From Octopus vulgaris (Eukaryota), in contig OX597821.1 in NCBI GenBank assembly GCA_951406725.2, positions 32,054,001 through 32,118,000 of the forward strand: DNA of 64,000 bases. The letters run 5' to 3'. How positions within the stretch are numbered: the stretch's first letter is position 1; each line of letters starts with the position of its first letter. Position numbers and translations under genes: made by a program. The notes under the pieces are model-generated. The model saw only the letters and a program-made list of their open reading frames with translations. It did not search any database and was not told the DNA's origin. Positions 40,355 through 55,707 of the stretch are shown here, piece by piece.

Positions 40355-41252
40355 CATGTGTGTGTGTGTGTGCATGTGTGTGTGTATGTGTGTGTGCATG
40401 TGTGTGTATAAATTTCCTGATAATAATTAAAATGATGATATTTCAATCTCGATCTGATTTGTATGCCAGTCTGGGTGCAAGTATCGAATAAGAGTCGAAT
40501 ACATTCAAATATATGTGATGTGAATTTGAGAAAATAAAATTAAAACGTAATAAAATTTGAAAAAAAAAATACTCGCGTATTCATTGTGATATAGAGTTTT
40601 GCAAAAGTACATATTCTTTCGATCGATATTCCAATAAACTTTAGAAATGCACACAGGTACAGCGATACACGCGTGTATTTCTTAATAAGATTATGGGTAT
40701 ATATGTAGATATATATAAAGATATATATGAATATATTTTTATATATACAGAGATAGAAATACTTATATTTTATTTGTATATGCGTGAGCATGTGCATGCA
40801 TAAATACACACATATAGTCATACATACAAGCCTTCATATATTTATGTATAGTTATGTTCAATGTCTGCGTGCGTGTGTGCATGCATGCATGAGTATATGT
40901 GAATGTGTATGTGTAAACATATATGTATGTATTTATGTATGTATTTTTCATCTATGTCTATATGCACGTGTAATATTTATACATAATGCAATAATTTAGG
41001 TATTCCTATCACAGTAATTTTAGAATATCCTACAGTGTACGTGTATATGCTACATTGGAGGCACTTATGCATGAGTTTTTGTGTATTGCTGCTTTCTCAT
41101 ACTGGTTTTATTTATATTTCTGCATTAATTGTAGAATATAAAGTTGTAGAATATAAACCGTATGAAAATAGTAACAGATTAAAGAAATAGAGAATAATTC
41201 ATTCCAGAAAATTATAATTATATATATATATAAAAAAACAAGTTATGTAAAG

Positions 41253-41345
<93 letters not shown>

Positions 41346-42033
41346 CCTGTGTGTGTATGTAAGTGTATGTGTGTGTATATATATATATATAACTGTATAT
41401 ATATATATATATATATATGTGTATGTATGTATAGAAGTATGTATATATATGTATATATATATTAATATATATATATGTATATATATATATACAGTTATAT
41501 ATATATGTGTGTGTGTGTATTTTTATATGTATATATATATATATATATGTTTATATATACACACACGCACACACATATCTTTATTCATTTATTCAAGCAG
41601 ACACGTTCAAGTACTTATACACACACACACACACACACACACACGCACGCGCGCACACATATATTCACCAATATTTGATTCGATTTCAAAACGAATTATT
41701 TTTTCTTTAATAGGCGCAACAAATTCTATAGTTCACAGTCGCAATCGTAAATGTTAGCATTGAAAAATATGTATATATAAAATCTTATAAAATACAAGAA
41801 ACTTTGGACACTAAAAACAAACATTGAGGTATAAAAGAAATATATATTATAGAAACATCTCCAGTAGGGCGAGTAATTAAAAGTTATATTCTACGGCATT
41901 AAACATGAAATGTAACTCACAATACATTTGAAAACTAAGAAAGTTTGAGTACAATAGTAAGCTTGCAATCGCGTAAATCTGATGGTCTGTGATCGAATAT
42001 TTGTGTCCACCTATCTAGGTGAAAACAAATTTA

Positions 42034-42303
<270 letters not shown>

Positions 42304-42306
42304 AAA

Positions 42307-42360
<54 letters not shown>

Positions 42361-42559
42361 CTCAAAGAAATTCCGTCTTTGTCTGATTTTCACATATTGT
42401 TTACAGTCTTATAATAATATAATATAATGAAGTGATAGAAAATCAAATGACCATTCTGATTGAACTAGTGCTTTCGATTCACAGAAAACCGAGAAAGCAT
42501 TAGTTCAATCGTCAGGTTCATATGATAGTGGTGACAGTTATGTTTTATAACCACTAAAA

Positions 42560-42780
42560 TAGTTATAAAGGAAAAGGAAAAATCCAAGAGGAATCATACC
42601 CAAAACAACTGAACAAATACATCTTAAAATAATTCATCCAAAAGAGATCGTGACAATGACGAAATCCAACTTATGGCAAAAGGACTGAAAGTTACACCTG
42701 CACCAACAGTCAGCCTCCAAGAACTAAAGGAGGATGTCAAAAACGCTGTCGTAAGTTACATCTTGTAGAATTCTTCACTA
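42560..42780 (+). mobile_element. Penelope-like RT ORF N-terminal fragment
   Basis: EIQLMAKGLKVTPAP..LQELKEDVK..CRKLHLVEFF resembles the PLE LxKGLxFxPxP..RKLRLxEFF motif. Confidence 0.65.
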
Positions 42781-43079
42781 ATAAACGTATATTTTGTGGC
42801 CGTTTCCTTCAATCTGGAAAAACAAGATTGGTAGGTCAGCTTCTTACGTGTATAGTAATGACATAATATATTCATGATACTCTTGGGCAGTAATAATCGT
42901 TCCGACTAAAAGTTTGAATCTTCTGGAATGCATCTCCCGGAATTTTGCTTAAAGTGCAGTGTGTGTATATATGTATGTATGTATGCATGCATGTATGTAG
43001 GTATGTATGTGTGTTTGTGTGTATGTATGTATATATGTATGTCTGCATGAATGTATACATGCATGCATGTATGTATGTA

Positions 43080-43310
43080 TGTTTACGTGTCTGTAATTCG
43101 GCAGGAGGACTTAAACGACATGCAAAGGTACATGAAGCCTAGTTACAACTACAGCCGTCTATTACCGGTAAAAGTATTAGTTGCCAATTCTGTACAAGAC
43201 ATTGTAGATCTTTAGCTGGGCTAAAAAGTCACATTCGATCACGCACCAGTAACAGTTAAGCTTCGTGCAATGGCCATACTCGATAACGAGGGGCAGCCAT
43301 AATAATAATA
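43080..43310 (+). mobile_element. LINE 3' end with C-terminal C2H2-like zinc fingers and (TAA)n tail (RTE-type)
   Basis: CLRVCNSAGGLKRHAKVH and CQFCTRHCRSLAGLKSHIRS, then a short 3'UTR ending GCAGCCATAATAATAATA. Confidence 0.78.
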
Positions 43311-45317
43311 CGTGTCTGTGTTAAAGTTTATGTTTGTGTATATGTGTGTGTGTGTTCGTATTCGTCTTTTTAACCGTCTGTCTGTGCGTCCGTTGCGTGA
43401 CGCTATTCAATCCTTTGGTTTCCGAGCTTTATTTCTCAACATAGATTATTTTCATGTTTAATACCACCACTTATAATCCTGTCCTCCCCTCCTAAATGCT
43501 ACACTTTGTGACACTCCTCTAGCGTCCACATTAGTTTACATTAATTCGTAGCATATTTTGCACCATCATCTACATTCAATTCAAAATTTCTAAGATTATA
43601 TCTCCTCTTACGTAAGAAATAGCATTAATGGTAGTAATAATTCATCCTTCTTTCACCGATGTTAAAAAGTTAGAATTCACCCTTTTCAGCAAATTTACAA
43701 GACTCAGGTGTTCAAATTTAACAGATTAATTAGTTAGTCCCCCCCCCCCATTAATGCTCCTTTATAACATGTTCTTTTTCTAGTACACCTCACACCACAA
43801 GTTTCTGAGAATTCTAATCAGATCTTCATTTGTACGTCAGGAGCCACTTCTGATAAATAATTGAATCTAATAAGCTCTTTGCACTTATACAATCTAATTT
43901 CACATTGCGATCAGTAAAATGGGCTTTTACTTATAGAAAATCTATTCCCATAATTTAAAATATAACATGTCTTATAGATGACAATTCTTAAAATAAAATT
44001 AGATGCGTCTTCGACTGGAACACGTACTCAAAAAGATCGAGTGTGTGAGTGAGCTAGAGCCAGAAAGAGAAAGTGTGATAGAGATAACTTATTTTAACAA
44101 TAACAGTTTTGTCTCATACATACCAGAAACTAATTAATCAATGGCAAACTTCATTAATAGCTTGTAAGTCATTCATCTCCTTTCGTAACTGTTTCCTATA
44201 TAATTAAAAGATATTTAATGAATTTCTTGTGAATCTCTCGAGCACGTAAATGTAGCTATACAGTATATAGAATTAACACATTCTGGCTTTCTGCTGTAGA
44301 TGCACATATGCATTTTGTGGTTCGACTCCTTTGTACGATAAAATTGCCGAATGTTTTCGGCATCGTTTCGAACCTATACTTCTGACTGAAATACTGGTAC
44401 GCGGTGAAAAAGCCAGTCCTATTATGTTTTTTTTTTTTTTACGTTAGCATTTTTTACGTTAGCTTGCCGTTCTAAAGTCGCTTGACCGTTTTAAAATTAC
44501 ATTTAAGTCCACACTGCCAACATTGGTGTTTGGTGTAACGTCTAGGAATGAATTCCCACCTTACATCTACCAGTCACTAAGACACTGTATGTGTCCAGCG
44601 TGCTGTAATCCTTTGATAAATCCACAAACAGTTAAATAATGCTTAAGTTTCTGTAATGTTGGCGCTTAAGTCTTCAGATCACCTAAATATAATCTTAACT
44701 TTTAAAGTATAATCTGCAACGTTTCGGCAGAATCTTTAATGGGAAATGTATTACTATTATATAAATGTTCTCAACCATATCGCTTACAGAAGGACATTGA
44801 TATTGAGATAGATTGTATAGATAAATGCCCCATGTACTTAAAACCACTTGCAGAATTCGGCGATAATACTTATCTCGTTCATTAAATATTCGGTATAACT
44901 ACTTCAACACTAATGTTACTTAATCAATTTAGCATCTCAGAAACTATCTTTGATAGACATAATTCTGTCACTAATAAAGACAATATAGTGAAATATACTG
45001 TATTATAATATAATGTAATATCTATGAAAACGACAGACACACAAACTCTCTTTCTTTATCTGTTACTCTCCCCCATCTCTCTCTCTCTCGTTTTCACTCG
45101 CAGACATAGGAACACACACACACATACCAATATATACACAAAATCATGCACACAAAAATATGTCCGTTTTGAATTCAGTAGTATTTATGTATGTAACTAT
45201 GACGGATCGTGTAAAAACATAGAAAAGCACACATATGCACATATTAGTATCAAATAGAAAAATATATATTTACACATTTATTTATATACTTACGTACATA
45301 AGGAATGAATAGTGTGT

Positions 45318-45655
45318 ATGGTGCACGGCTCAGTGGTTCGGGCGTCGAGCTTACGATCGTGAGGTTTTGAGCTCGAATGCCGGACCTGGCTGCGTGTTGT
45401 GTTCTCGAGCAAGACACTCTATTTCACGTTGCTCAAGTTCACCTAGCTGTAGAAATGAGTTGCCACGTCACTGGTGCTAAGCTGTATCGGCCTTTGCCTT
45501 TCCCTTGGATAACACTAGTGTCGTGGAGAGGGGGAGGCTGGTATGCATGGGCGACTGTTGGTCTTCCATAAACAACCTTGCCGGGACTTGTGTCTAGGAG
45601 GGTAACTTTCTAGGTGCAATCCCATGGTCTGTGTCGTGACCGAAAGGGGTCTCAG
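45318..45655 (+). mobile_element. tRNA-derived SINE, near full length
   Basis: A-box GGCTCAGTGG, B-box-like GAGCTCGAATGCC, body shared with the 25848 copy. Confidence 0.85.
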
Positions 45656-45702
45656 ATAACGTATACACACACACACATATATATACATATATATATATAC
45701 AT

Positions 45703-45893
45703 ATGCTAACGCGTATATATCTGTGACGTCCAAAATATGTATATATATATATACATATAAATATATATATGTATATATACACATATATATGTATATATAT
45801 ATATGTGTGTGTAAATATATATACATACATATGTGTATGTATACATATATATATATACATATTTTGGACGTCACAGATATATATGCGTTAGCA
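45703..45893. repeat. Short inverted duplication (~40 bp) bracketing a TA/CA tract
   Basis: TGCTAACGCGTATATATCTGTGACGTCCAAAATATG / CATATTTTGGACGTCACAGATATATATGCGTTAGCA. Confidence 0.9.
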
Positions 45894-46734
45894 GTGGGGT
45901 ACTATTACTACTAATACTACTATTACTACTACTACAACAACAACTACTACTACTACTACTACCGCTACTATTATCATTATAAGACTTACTAGATAATTTA
46001 TTAGTGGCTATTAAAAATATGGAACAGAATGCTAAAATAAGCTGAGAACTTTGTTCTCGTTAGTAACTTCCCTCACTCCTGACCGAGGCGTCGTCTAAGC
46101 TAATCATACAACAACGAATGTTTCATGCCGTATTCTCTCAGATAGTAAGCTATACTTGGAATTCTAAATGTATGAAAATATAAGTATATGCAAAAAATAT
46201 CCATATAAGCCCAAAGATCTTAAGATGACCACGCCCTAAAGAGTTTTATACGTGTTAGTGTTAAATATAAAGCGATACCGTTGACCTATGGTTATTAATA
46301 ACACCGTAAAATAACGCAGATAGTTACACACAGATAGTTAAGCACACTTTTAAATACAGCTATAATTACGAGGTCATGTGTAAAGGTGACAAGCAAAACA
46401 CATTCAACAAAAAAACATTATGTTATATAGTATACATAACTACACACACAACCAAGCGAGCAGACACACACACGTATAGATGTGTTTGTATATGTGTGTA
46501 CATGTAACTTTATATATATATGTATGTGGTTGTGTGTTTGAGCGTGTGTGTGTGGGTAGATGCGTGTGTATGTGCGTGTATACGAATATATATATATGTA
46601 ATTATTTATGTATCCATATGTGTATATAAATATATATATATATATATATATACATAAATGCACACACAAAAACATATATTTATATATATATGTATATATA
46701 TATATATACATATATATATACATATATATATATG

Positions 46735-46791
<57 letters not shown>

Positions 46792-47343
46792 ATGTGTATA
46801 TATATATGTATATATATTTGCATGTATTTATGTATGCCTCAAACAAATATTCGATATTATTTTGTCAAAATTAATAGCAGAGGGAAAGTAGAGAGCAAAT
46901 TATAAACATTATAAACATCACCAATTATAAACTAATTGCATATTTCTGCTAATTTAACACGATATCAATCGGTATCTATCAATATTTGTTTTCTTTTTAC
47001 CTTTTGTTGGGTTTTTTTCTTAGTGTTCAATCAATATCGGTGATAACACCCTTTAAGTTAAAATCTAAGTGCAGTAAAGAGGATACTAAATTGGTTATTT
47101 CAAAGTTAGCTTCCAGTTAATTTCCGCATAACCCGCTTTAATTTACACTTTGAACGGTTCATCAGGACGATTTCGGAAGAAATAGCAAAAGACATATACA
47201 CACACAATTCCAAACGTACGCACAGACACAGAGAAACATAAGCGAACATACGTATACATTCATGCATATGTAACTATATATGAACAGTTACCCACGTATC
47301 TACTTACCTAGATATACGTAGGTGTGTGTAAGTATGTGCGTAA

Positions 47344-47404
<61 letters not shown>

Positions 47405-47483
47405 ATATATATCACATATGTATATATATATGTATATTTATAAGCCTATATAATATATATACATACATATATATATATATTAC

Positions 47484-47523
<40 letters not shown>

Positions 47524-49397
47524 GTATATATATGTATATTTATAATCCTATATAATATACATATATATACATATATATATACACACACACATACACATAT
47601 TCACATATGTATATATATATATATATATACATATATTTACATATAAATATACATACACAAGTATATATGTAAATATTTTCATATACATGAGAAAATAGAC
47701 AGAGAGAGATGAATTGAGACACTAGGTTGGTGTGTGTGTGTGTTGGTGTGAGCGAGTGTGTGCGTGTACTTATGAAATAGTGTGCGCACGTACAATTCGT
47801 TAATATCGATTTAAATTGAGATAGAGGGCGTAGCGACACAATGTAATTAATTGATATAAACGTACAAAGAGAGACAGCTATCTTGTAAGTCTATATCTTT
47901 ATATGACGCATTTCTCATGCGAGGTTGTCTTTATCGTATGTAGACAAACTATAATCAATATTTAATCGATCGCTTCATAATGCTTGATTGTTATTATTCC
48001 TCTTAGATCTCACCGAACCGAAATTAAGTGCGTACATAATGTAATGACTAATATCTTTGGGTATTATACAACGCAAAATTTGCTCCGATTACGTTATCTT
48101 GTTAATTTAGACATTGAAAAAAGTTCTTGTGTTTTCTTGTGTGTGGGTTTTTTTTCTTTTTTGCCTATGGCTTTATTTTTTATTATCGAGACGTCGGTAT
48201 ATACTTTTATGAATCTGTATTACTGACTGCCATTGTAGAGGCTCCACCAACATCCATTGAGCTATATTATTTTACTTTAGCGGTCCCTGTCAGCACAGAG
48301 GTAGCTAAAGTAAAGCACGAGTCTCAATGGTTAGACGTAGAGGTCCAATCTATAAGTCCACCTATTCGAATGTCACAGACCCGATTTTTGCTGAGGAACT
48401 GGCATATTCTGACAGTCATAATATATTCTAAATATACTGCAAGTTGTGTTGTGTTATGATCTGGATACAATGTATTTATTTCTGATAGTCTTCAGTTTAC
48501 CTATGTTTTGTAACACCTGTGTCTGGCAATGGAATCTATTTTGAAACGTGGGTGCTTTTGTTTATCTACACTTTTGCTATTTTGAATCCTACACTATTAA
48601 TTTTACTTTCTATAGCTATAGATATTATTTTTTATTTTTGCGATTTTCATTTTCTGTGTTTGATGTTTTTTATGAGATTTGTTGTCTACAGATAGTGTTC
48701 TTAATAGCAATACTTATCCTTTATCAGTTATCGAGTCCACCTTCAATTTTTAATAGAGCAACAATTTAATAAGTGTATATGTGTGTATATATAAATACAT
48801 GCATATATACATACACATATATATATATATATACATAGACATACAGACATATACATATATATATATATATGTATATATTATCGTATATTAAATATATATA
48901 TATATATATTATATATATAATATATACTTATATTATATATATATATATATATATGTATATATAGATGTGTGTGTGTGGGTATAAATATAAAACTGGCACT
49001 TATCCTCAGACCGGACCCGTGTTCCAGATAATTCCAACAAAATAGATACCACTAAGTGCATTGGGTGTCGACGAGTCTCGTTTAACCTGATGACGTGTGA
49101 AATCTAACGACATTATCTGCTCATACGAAAATGTGTGTGTTGTTGATATATACGCATCCATTACTTAATGCACTGGATTCTAAATATATAATCACGAAAT
49201 AAACTTTGACAATATAGATTTTCCAGCGTATCAGGCAACATTATATGAGAATATTCAAAACGTGTCTTCAATCTTGGTGAGTATGGTGGGTAAAATAAAA
49301 CGAAATTTTTTTTTTTTTGTCGACAAAGTTGCTGCTGATAGTCTACGTGAACACAATATGATGTTTTATATGGTGGTGGTTAAGACGTTACTCATAA

Positions 49398-49439
49398 TCA
49401 TGATGATGATCATCATCATCATGATCATGATGAAGGTGA

Positions 49440-49497
<58 letters not shown>

Positions 49498-49501
49498 GTG
49501 G

Positions 49502-49542
<41 letters not shown>

Positions 49543-49626
49543 GTGGTGGTAGCGATGAGGATGATGGTGATGATGATGATGATGATGTGATGATGACGAC
49601 GATTAACATCATCACCATCATCATGA
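49398..49626. repeat. (GAT)n trinucleotide microsatellite
   Basis: Direct inspection. Confidence 0.97.
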
Positions 49627-50559
49627 CACTACTCACAACGAATCAGAAAATTGTAAATTACAAACTGCGATATTTTCCCAAGAATTTTTGGTCATCATGA
49701 TGTTGCTGAATATTTCCAAGGCAAAAGATATTTACAATAATATGCATTCATTTTGCTTCAAAGGGCGGTAAAATCATAAATATAAGTACGAGATTATTTT
49801 ACCTTATTTTCGATATGCTTCTTTTCAAATGAAATACAGCCACATACGCATGTTTGAAGTCATAGAAATTACAGCCACATTTTTTTTCTAAGCGACAGCT
49901 TATGTTACGAAAAACAACAACACATGGAATAAGATAATGCTGAATTTATTATCGTCGGTAGTGTAATAGCTGGAATAATTTGGTGAACGGTTTGTTTATT
50001 TAGTGCATATAGAGTAATCACTGACAACAACAAGAGGAACAACAATCATTCGTGTACTTCGAAGCAAAAATGATAATAAGGAGACCATGTGGAACCAACC
50101 ACAGACTAAATTGCTAGTTATTGTTTATAACATTGGTGCGTGACAGTATCAGCAGAAATTTCGTAAAATAAACCCACGTAATGTGTCATTCTTTCACATT
50201 CTGGCTTCAGACATATACCAAGATAATGGAATCTTTCATCCTTCTCTGCTACATCAATTAATATGTCAATAAATTACTATGGACGTTTAATCGATATGAA
50301 AATTTACGTTGTATTTCGCCTTAATTTCTGACTCGCTTTGAAATTCATATTTAAAAGATAAATTACTTTTATAACTCAGCTAATATACCATGAAATGAAT
50401 TTCACTTAACGATCGTATTCCCTGTTCCAAAATCATGAAAACCATATATTATGTTATATTATATAATACGCCAATATATACCTGTATAGCAATGTGATTA
50501 GAACACTGAAAAAAAAATGGATAATAATTAATTATAGGTATTGTGATGCAACACGAAGC

Positions 50560-50610
50560 TTTGTCAGTGAACAGGTCACGGTCTCAAAGCGATGAAAATA
50601 TTTTGACAAA
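50560..50610 (+). ncRNA. Type I hammerhead-like fold with swapped G3-C8 core, within a ~200-bp repeat-like segment (~50545-50748)
   Basis: TTTGTCA GTGAACA G GTCAC(ggtctcaaa)GCGAT GAAA ATAT TT TGACAAA: 7-bp stem I, palindromic stem III. Confidence 0.5.
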
Positions 50611-51780
50611 TTACACTTAAATGTTGAAGTGAATCTAACGGTTTTGTGTTTCTTAAATGCCTTATAAACACCTCCCAAGCTGCAGTTGTTTTCGTTCCAG
50701 CACATAATCTCAGATCAAGTCACTCGCTATGCAAGTACATCTCCGTAATTGTTTTCTTAGTTTCTGATTTAATAACGAAATTTTAGTAATAACTATTAAA
50801 TTAATGGTGTAACCTTACTATAAAAGCATGTAAGGATAACGAATATTTAATACGTTTGTTTTAATTATTAACTTTTAGGATATAAAATAGTGTACTTCAC
50901 TTAGAATTATATTATTAGTTAAGTTTAGAAGAGTTTGTTTGGGTTTGGAAAGAATAAAATATAAACGCTTTCACTTTTATATTAATAACTAAGTAAAATT
51001 GGTGGGGATATTATCTGCAAGGACTTCAAGGGCTAGGTTACTATTTAGTTAGATATTTTAGGGGTTAGTTATAAGTTTACGTATAGAATAATTAATTTAC
51101 CGATATTGTTTTTATACATAGGTTAAATGTGATTTCTTTGTTGTAGTTTAATTAATAATGTTAGCGTTTAATCCTTCCTAGAATTAAGACTGAATGAATG
51201 TGGTAATATCTAAGGCATATTTTCCAAAACAACGCTTATTTTAGTGCTGTTGACACCAACGGATTGAATGGTACCGCCCAGGTATCGAAACAATAGCGAT
51301 ATCCGAGGGGGAAGTTGATGATGGAGGTGTGTTGGATTGTTGATATGGCTGTTATTGTATGCGCGCAATAGTGTTATAAGACATTTATTTGATATATATA
51401 TATACATGGGGGACGTGTATATGTGTGTATGTATGTAATTGTCCAAGGTGAATAAATAATTGTTCAGTTGTATATGAAGTCATTTAAACGATTACATAAG
51501 ACTGTGATTAATAGAAAACTAACCTCATTATATATAAAGAATGAACTTTACTTCCACTACTATACAATAGAAGATGTGTATGTAAAATACTAAGGAATGC
51601 AGGCGGGCATATTCAAAACTTCATAACGCTTCCTTCTCTCCAGTGTATACATATTTGTGCACAAGCGAAGCAATCAGAACATTTTACTGTTCATTTTTCC
51701 TTTCGTTATTCATTCGCATATCATGCTGTTGGGCTCCTGACGTGTTCAGTTCATGGTATCATTTCAAATATCATGTATGA

Positions 51781-52013
51781 TGGTGCGAGCTGGCAAACAC
51801 GTTAGCGCGCCGGGCGAAATGCATTGCGGTATTTCGTCTGTCGTTACGTTCTGAGTTCAAATTCCGCCGAGGTCGACTTTGCCTTTCATCCTTTCAGGGT
51901 CGATAAATTAAGTACCAGTTACGTACTTGGTCGATGTAATCGGCTTAATGCCTATGTCTGTCCTTGTTTGTCCCCTCTATGTTTAGCCCCTTCTGGGTAA
52001 TAAAGAAATAGGT
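51781..52013 (+). mobile_element. SINE, well-preserved copy (GCCTTTCATCC/GTCGATAAATTAAGTACCAG core)
   Basis: GAGTTCAAATTCCGCCGAGGTCGACTTTGCCTTTCATCC; several relatives in the window. Confidence 0.9.
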
Positions 52014-52880
52014 ATCATTTCAAATACATTTGACATAATAAACATAAATGAAACCTTCAGTAAGAGAAATATTGTTACATCTTTCGATTAAGTCTGCGTG
52101 TGAAAATATAGATTTCGAATTTTATAAATAATGTAATATGTAACAAGGGTTAAAACATTTGCTCAACATTGTACTTTGTCACTCCCAATAATGGGATGTT
52201 CACATCGTTTTATATTTACTGGAAAATTGTATCAACATCGTTGATAAGAAAATCATTAAACTATTTAGCTTACGCCCAAATCAATCAACAGCTATCCTCT
52301 ACGTTGAATCATACTGATTTAATTAAACACTAATAATTAGATTAATCAAATCTGTGATGCACTATGCACTAACACCTGTCTCTTAGTAAGAAACCAGGTC
52401 TAATACACTCACATATTTTGTAGTATATACGTTTTTACGTTTCTACAGAGCTGCAGTGACTGTTATCGAACGAGATTAGTGTAAATCAAAAGAATAACTA
52501 ATTGAGTCCGTCTAATTAGTGTCCAATAGTTTGATATAAAAAGTGAAACTTGTATATAGCTTACACGTCTTAATCGCCCGTCGATATTTGCGCAAAGGCA
52601 TTCATACGTACTATTGTATCAATCTCCTGAATTTGAACTTAAATGAATTTTCTTGCCCTCTCAACTAGCAGCACTATTAGCCAGGTTTTATTGATTGTAC
52701 TTGTGTTTCTCGATGTTCTCCAATAGAATTTAGTCTATGTTTGACTAATAATCGTAAATTGGATTAGACCGCTGTACATAGTCATGATTGGAAAGGAAAT
52801 AGGAAATTGGCATGGAAAGTATGGATCGAACTAATATTGGATTACATTGCTAATATTGACGACTAAGCTCTAATCAAATA

Positions 52881-53300
52881 TTGGGTTGTCCAGAAAGTTC
52901 GTGCCGATTTATAGTAGCTTACATTTTGACTTATTTTAGAACATGGTTGAGTCCAGAAAATAGGATTTGACTACATCTCCATTTAGAGCACAGTTTAAGC
53001 TATCTTTTCGTGGAAGAAGGTTTAGATTCTTGTAACCTGCGTTAATTCTGTAACCCTTTAAAATGAAAGATAAGAAAGTTCATTTTCGACACTTAATGCT
53101 TTGGAAACCAGACAAATATTGCTGCAGCTCGGCTGGGATGTGTTATCCCACCCTCCATATTCACCAGATATTGCTCCTCCTGATTTCCACTTATTCACGT
53201 CTCTGCAGAATAGTCTTAATGGTGAAAATTTCAAATGCTTGGATGACGTAAAATGATACATTGATGAATTCTTTGCCATGAAACCACCTCAATTCTGCGA
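52881..53300 (+). mobile_element. Internally deleted mariner (left TIR, N-terminus fused to C-terminal catalytic region)
   Basis: TA|TTGGGTTGTCCAGAAAGTTCGTGCCGATTT; MKDKKVHFRHLMLW joined to LGWDVLSHPPYSPDIAPPDFHLF. Confidence 0.88.
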
Positions 53301-53504
53301 TACATATAGCAGTGCAGCATTATTGGATATACCAATTTACATATGAAACACATTCCTGAAAGCTGATACGTAAATATTAATGACTTGTATGCACATGGTA
53401 TTTCGTTATACAACTATAATATGCTATAAAATATATTAAACGTTTACATAAGTCGATACCGTGTACTACCGTGTTACCAATGTACTTAAAACAAGTGTTA
53501 CACT

Positions 53505-53692
53505 CATCTTTACCGATTTTCTATAGAAATTATAGGCGCCACTGATTTTGTTACCACATTTCGTATCCGAGATATCGGATATATGCCCATTACCCATTTT
53601 TTCGTCTTTGTTAACTTCTCACGCCTCGGATACGAATCACAGTAACAGAATCAGTGATGGCTACGATTTCTATAGAAAATCTGTAGAAATGA
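53505..53692. mobile_element. MITE-like hairpin (~65-bp imperfect arms)
   Basis: GATTTTCTATAGAAAT..CACTGATTTTGTTAC..TTCGTATCCGAG / CTCGGATACGAA..GTAACAGAATCAGTG..ATTTCTATAGAAAATC. Confidence 0.8.
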
Positions 53693-54090
53693 CATTAGTA
53701 CGTGATTTAAATGCACTGAAAACACAATTGAACGCGATATTGACTTCCAAAAGCGTTTAATATACTTTGGAGCATATTATGGTTACATAACGAGATAGTG
53801 TGTGCCTACAAAGCATAAATATTAATGCAGAAATCTGCAACTCAGATAAGTTCAAACAACATGACATACCCACACACGCACAAACACACATTACTTCTTC
53901 ACATAATTTAGCTCGTTGTCTTTTTTCTATTTCCTTTTATTTTAATCTTGCCCAGTGATATTTTACCTAACAATGAACGTATTTTATCGCAGGTTTTGTA
54001 CTTACACACATACATATATGCATATATACGTACATAAATGCACATAAACATACAGACACATACACACATGCAAACACACACGTGTATATA

Positions 54091-54149
<59 letters not shown>

Positions 54150-54319
54150 GTATAAGGAGTGTGAATTGTAAATGGTGAGAAGATTGTTCAGAAGTAAAAA
54201 CCAATATTAAGCATACTATAAATTATTGGTAGTATACAGAATGCTATGCACATATATAAGTATATATATATATATATATATGGATATTGATATCGATATT
54301 GATATATTTACATACACAG

Positions 54320-54367
<48 letters not shown>

Positions 54368-54393
54368 GTGTATTATATACATGTATTTATGTG

Positions 54394-54466
<73 letters not shown>

Positions 54467-54697
54467 TTACTTAATATGAAATATTCTGACGTGGGGTTTA
54501 ACATATTAGCTTTCCACTTACATGGCTCCTCATATAATATATTTCTTAAAGAGTCGCATATTTTTTTAATTAATATTTGTAATATAATGACGGGAAATTC
54601 AAGTATTAATTACAAGCATGCAATTCCTATATATTGAACTTCCAGTATATCCGTGTATCTATGTATGCATTGTTTATTTGTTTATTTATTTATGATT

Positions 54698-54765
<68 letters not shown>

Positions 54766-55105
54766 TGTGTGTGTGTATATATATATATATAAACATTTTA
54801 TCATTAATTAAAATCTTAGGGTAGCTAGAATATTCATAAAAAATTCTTATTTACTAGTGATCTAGCGAGAAAGAAAAAGTTAATCAATAGTCTATATATT
54901 ATTCAAAGACGAATACAGTGTACGTTCAAACACAAAAGAGATACCCGAAGAATAGGATATCTGACTCGCTAGAAAGAGCAGTTAAACCTCCAAGCCACCA
55001 AATGTTGTAATTCCGAAAGTGATTGGAAAAATAAAAACTTTTACCTTAATCCTAGACCCTGCAAGGTTTCTGCAGACTTAAATACAGACTGAAATAAAAT
55101 AATCT

Positions 55106-55140
55106 CAGCCTATATCTGTCGCTGCTTCGTCAGTAGGTTG
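55106..55140 (-). ncRNA. Decayed minimal hammerhead-like motif
   Basis: CAACCTA CTGACGA AGCAGC GACA GATA TAGGCTG: stem I and CUGACGA intact, GAAA mutated. Confidence 0.3.
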
Positions 55141-55707
55141 CCAGGACTGAACACCTAGGCACGGAGCGATAAATAACCCGCCACGTGTCTATAGGTTCTT
55201 ATTTTTCGAATCTACCACGCAGAAGCGGAAATTCAACTAGCACTAAAAAAAAATAAATTATTAATATAGAACTCTGTAACTTTGTTATACATTTATCGCG
55301 AAATGCTTTCTTACTGCTACCGCGATAAATGGAGTTTGGTTCAATATGTGAAATATGACTGAGAATATTCTGTAATTTCTATTCTGTTTCATATTTATAT
55401 ATGAGTCACCAATATTTTAGTGTAGCAAAGGGAATCAAATAATAGAGCAGCGACTATGCAGGATAATTATCACCGAAGTAAACGAGATATTTCATTTCCT
55501 TCCACTATGATTATAATATAATTAATGTTTTGAATTTAAACGTGCGTATGAGTATTTTCTCACCAGAAACATGCTGCCATGCAACGTTTTATGTACCAAC
55601 AAAAAATCACAGATTAAATTACTGAGAACATATATCTGAGCAGATAAGATTACTGCTCATAGCTTTGCTCTCCAATAACTTTCAGTCTCATAGAACAGAT
55701 TGAAGTG

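Noticed and set aside
48127-48459. 110-aa plus-strand ORF
   Set aside because: Non-ATG start, T-rich low-complexity N-terminus, no recognisable motif or splice signals.
49080-49112. CTGATGA-CGTGT-GAAA hammerhead-like string
   Set aside because: No stem III palindrome and no stem I pairing adjacent to the core.
49388-49636. Poly-Ser / poly-Asp ORF
   Set aside because: A (GAT)n microsatellite with no supported splice context or non-repetitive coding flank.
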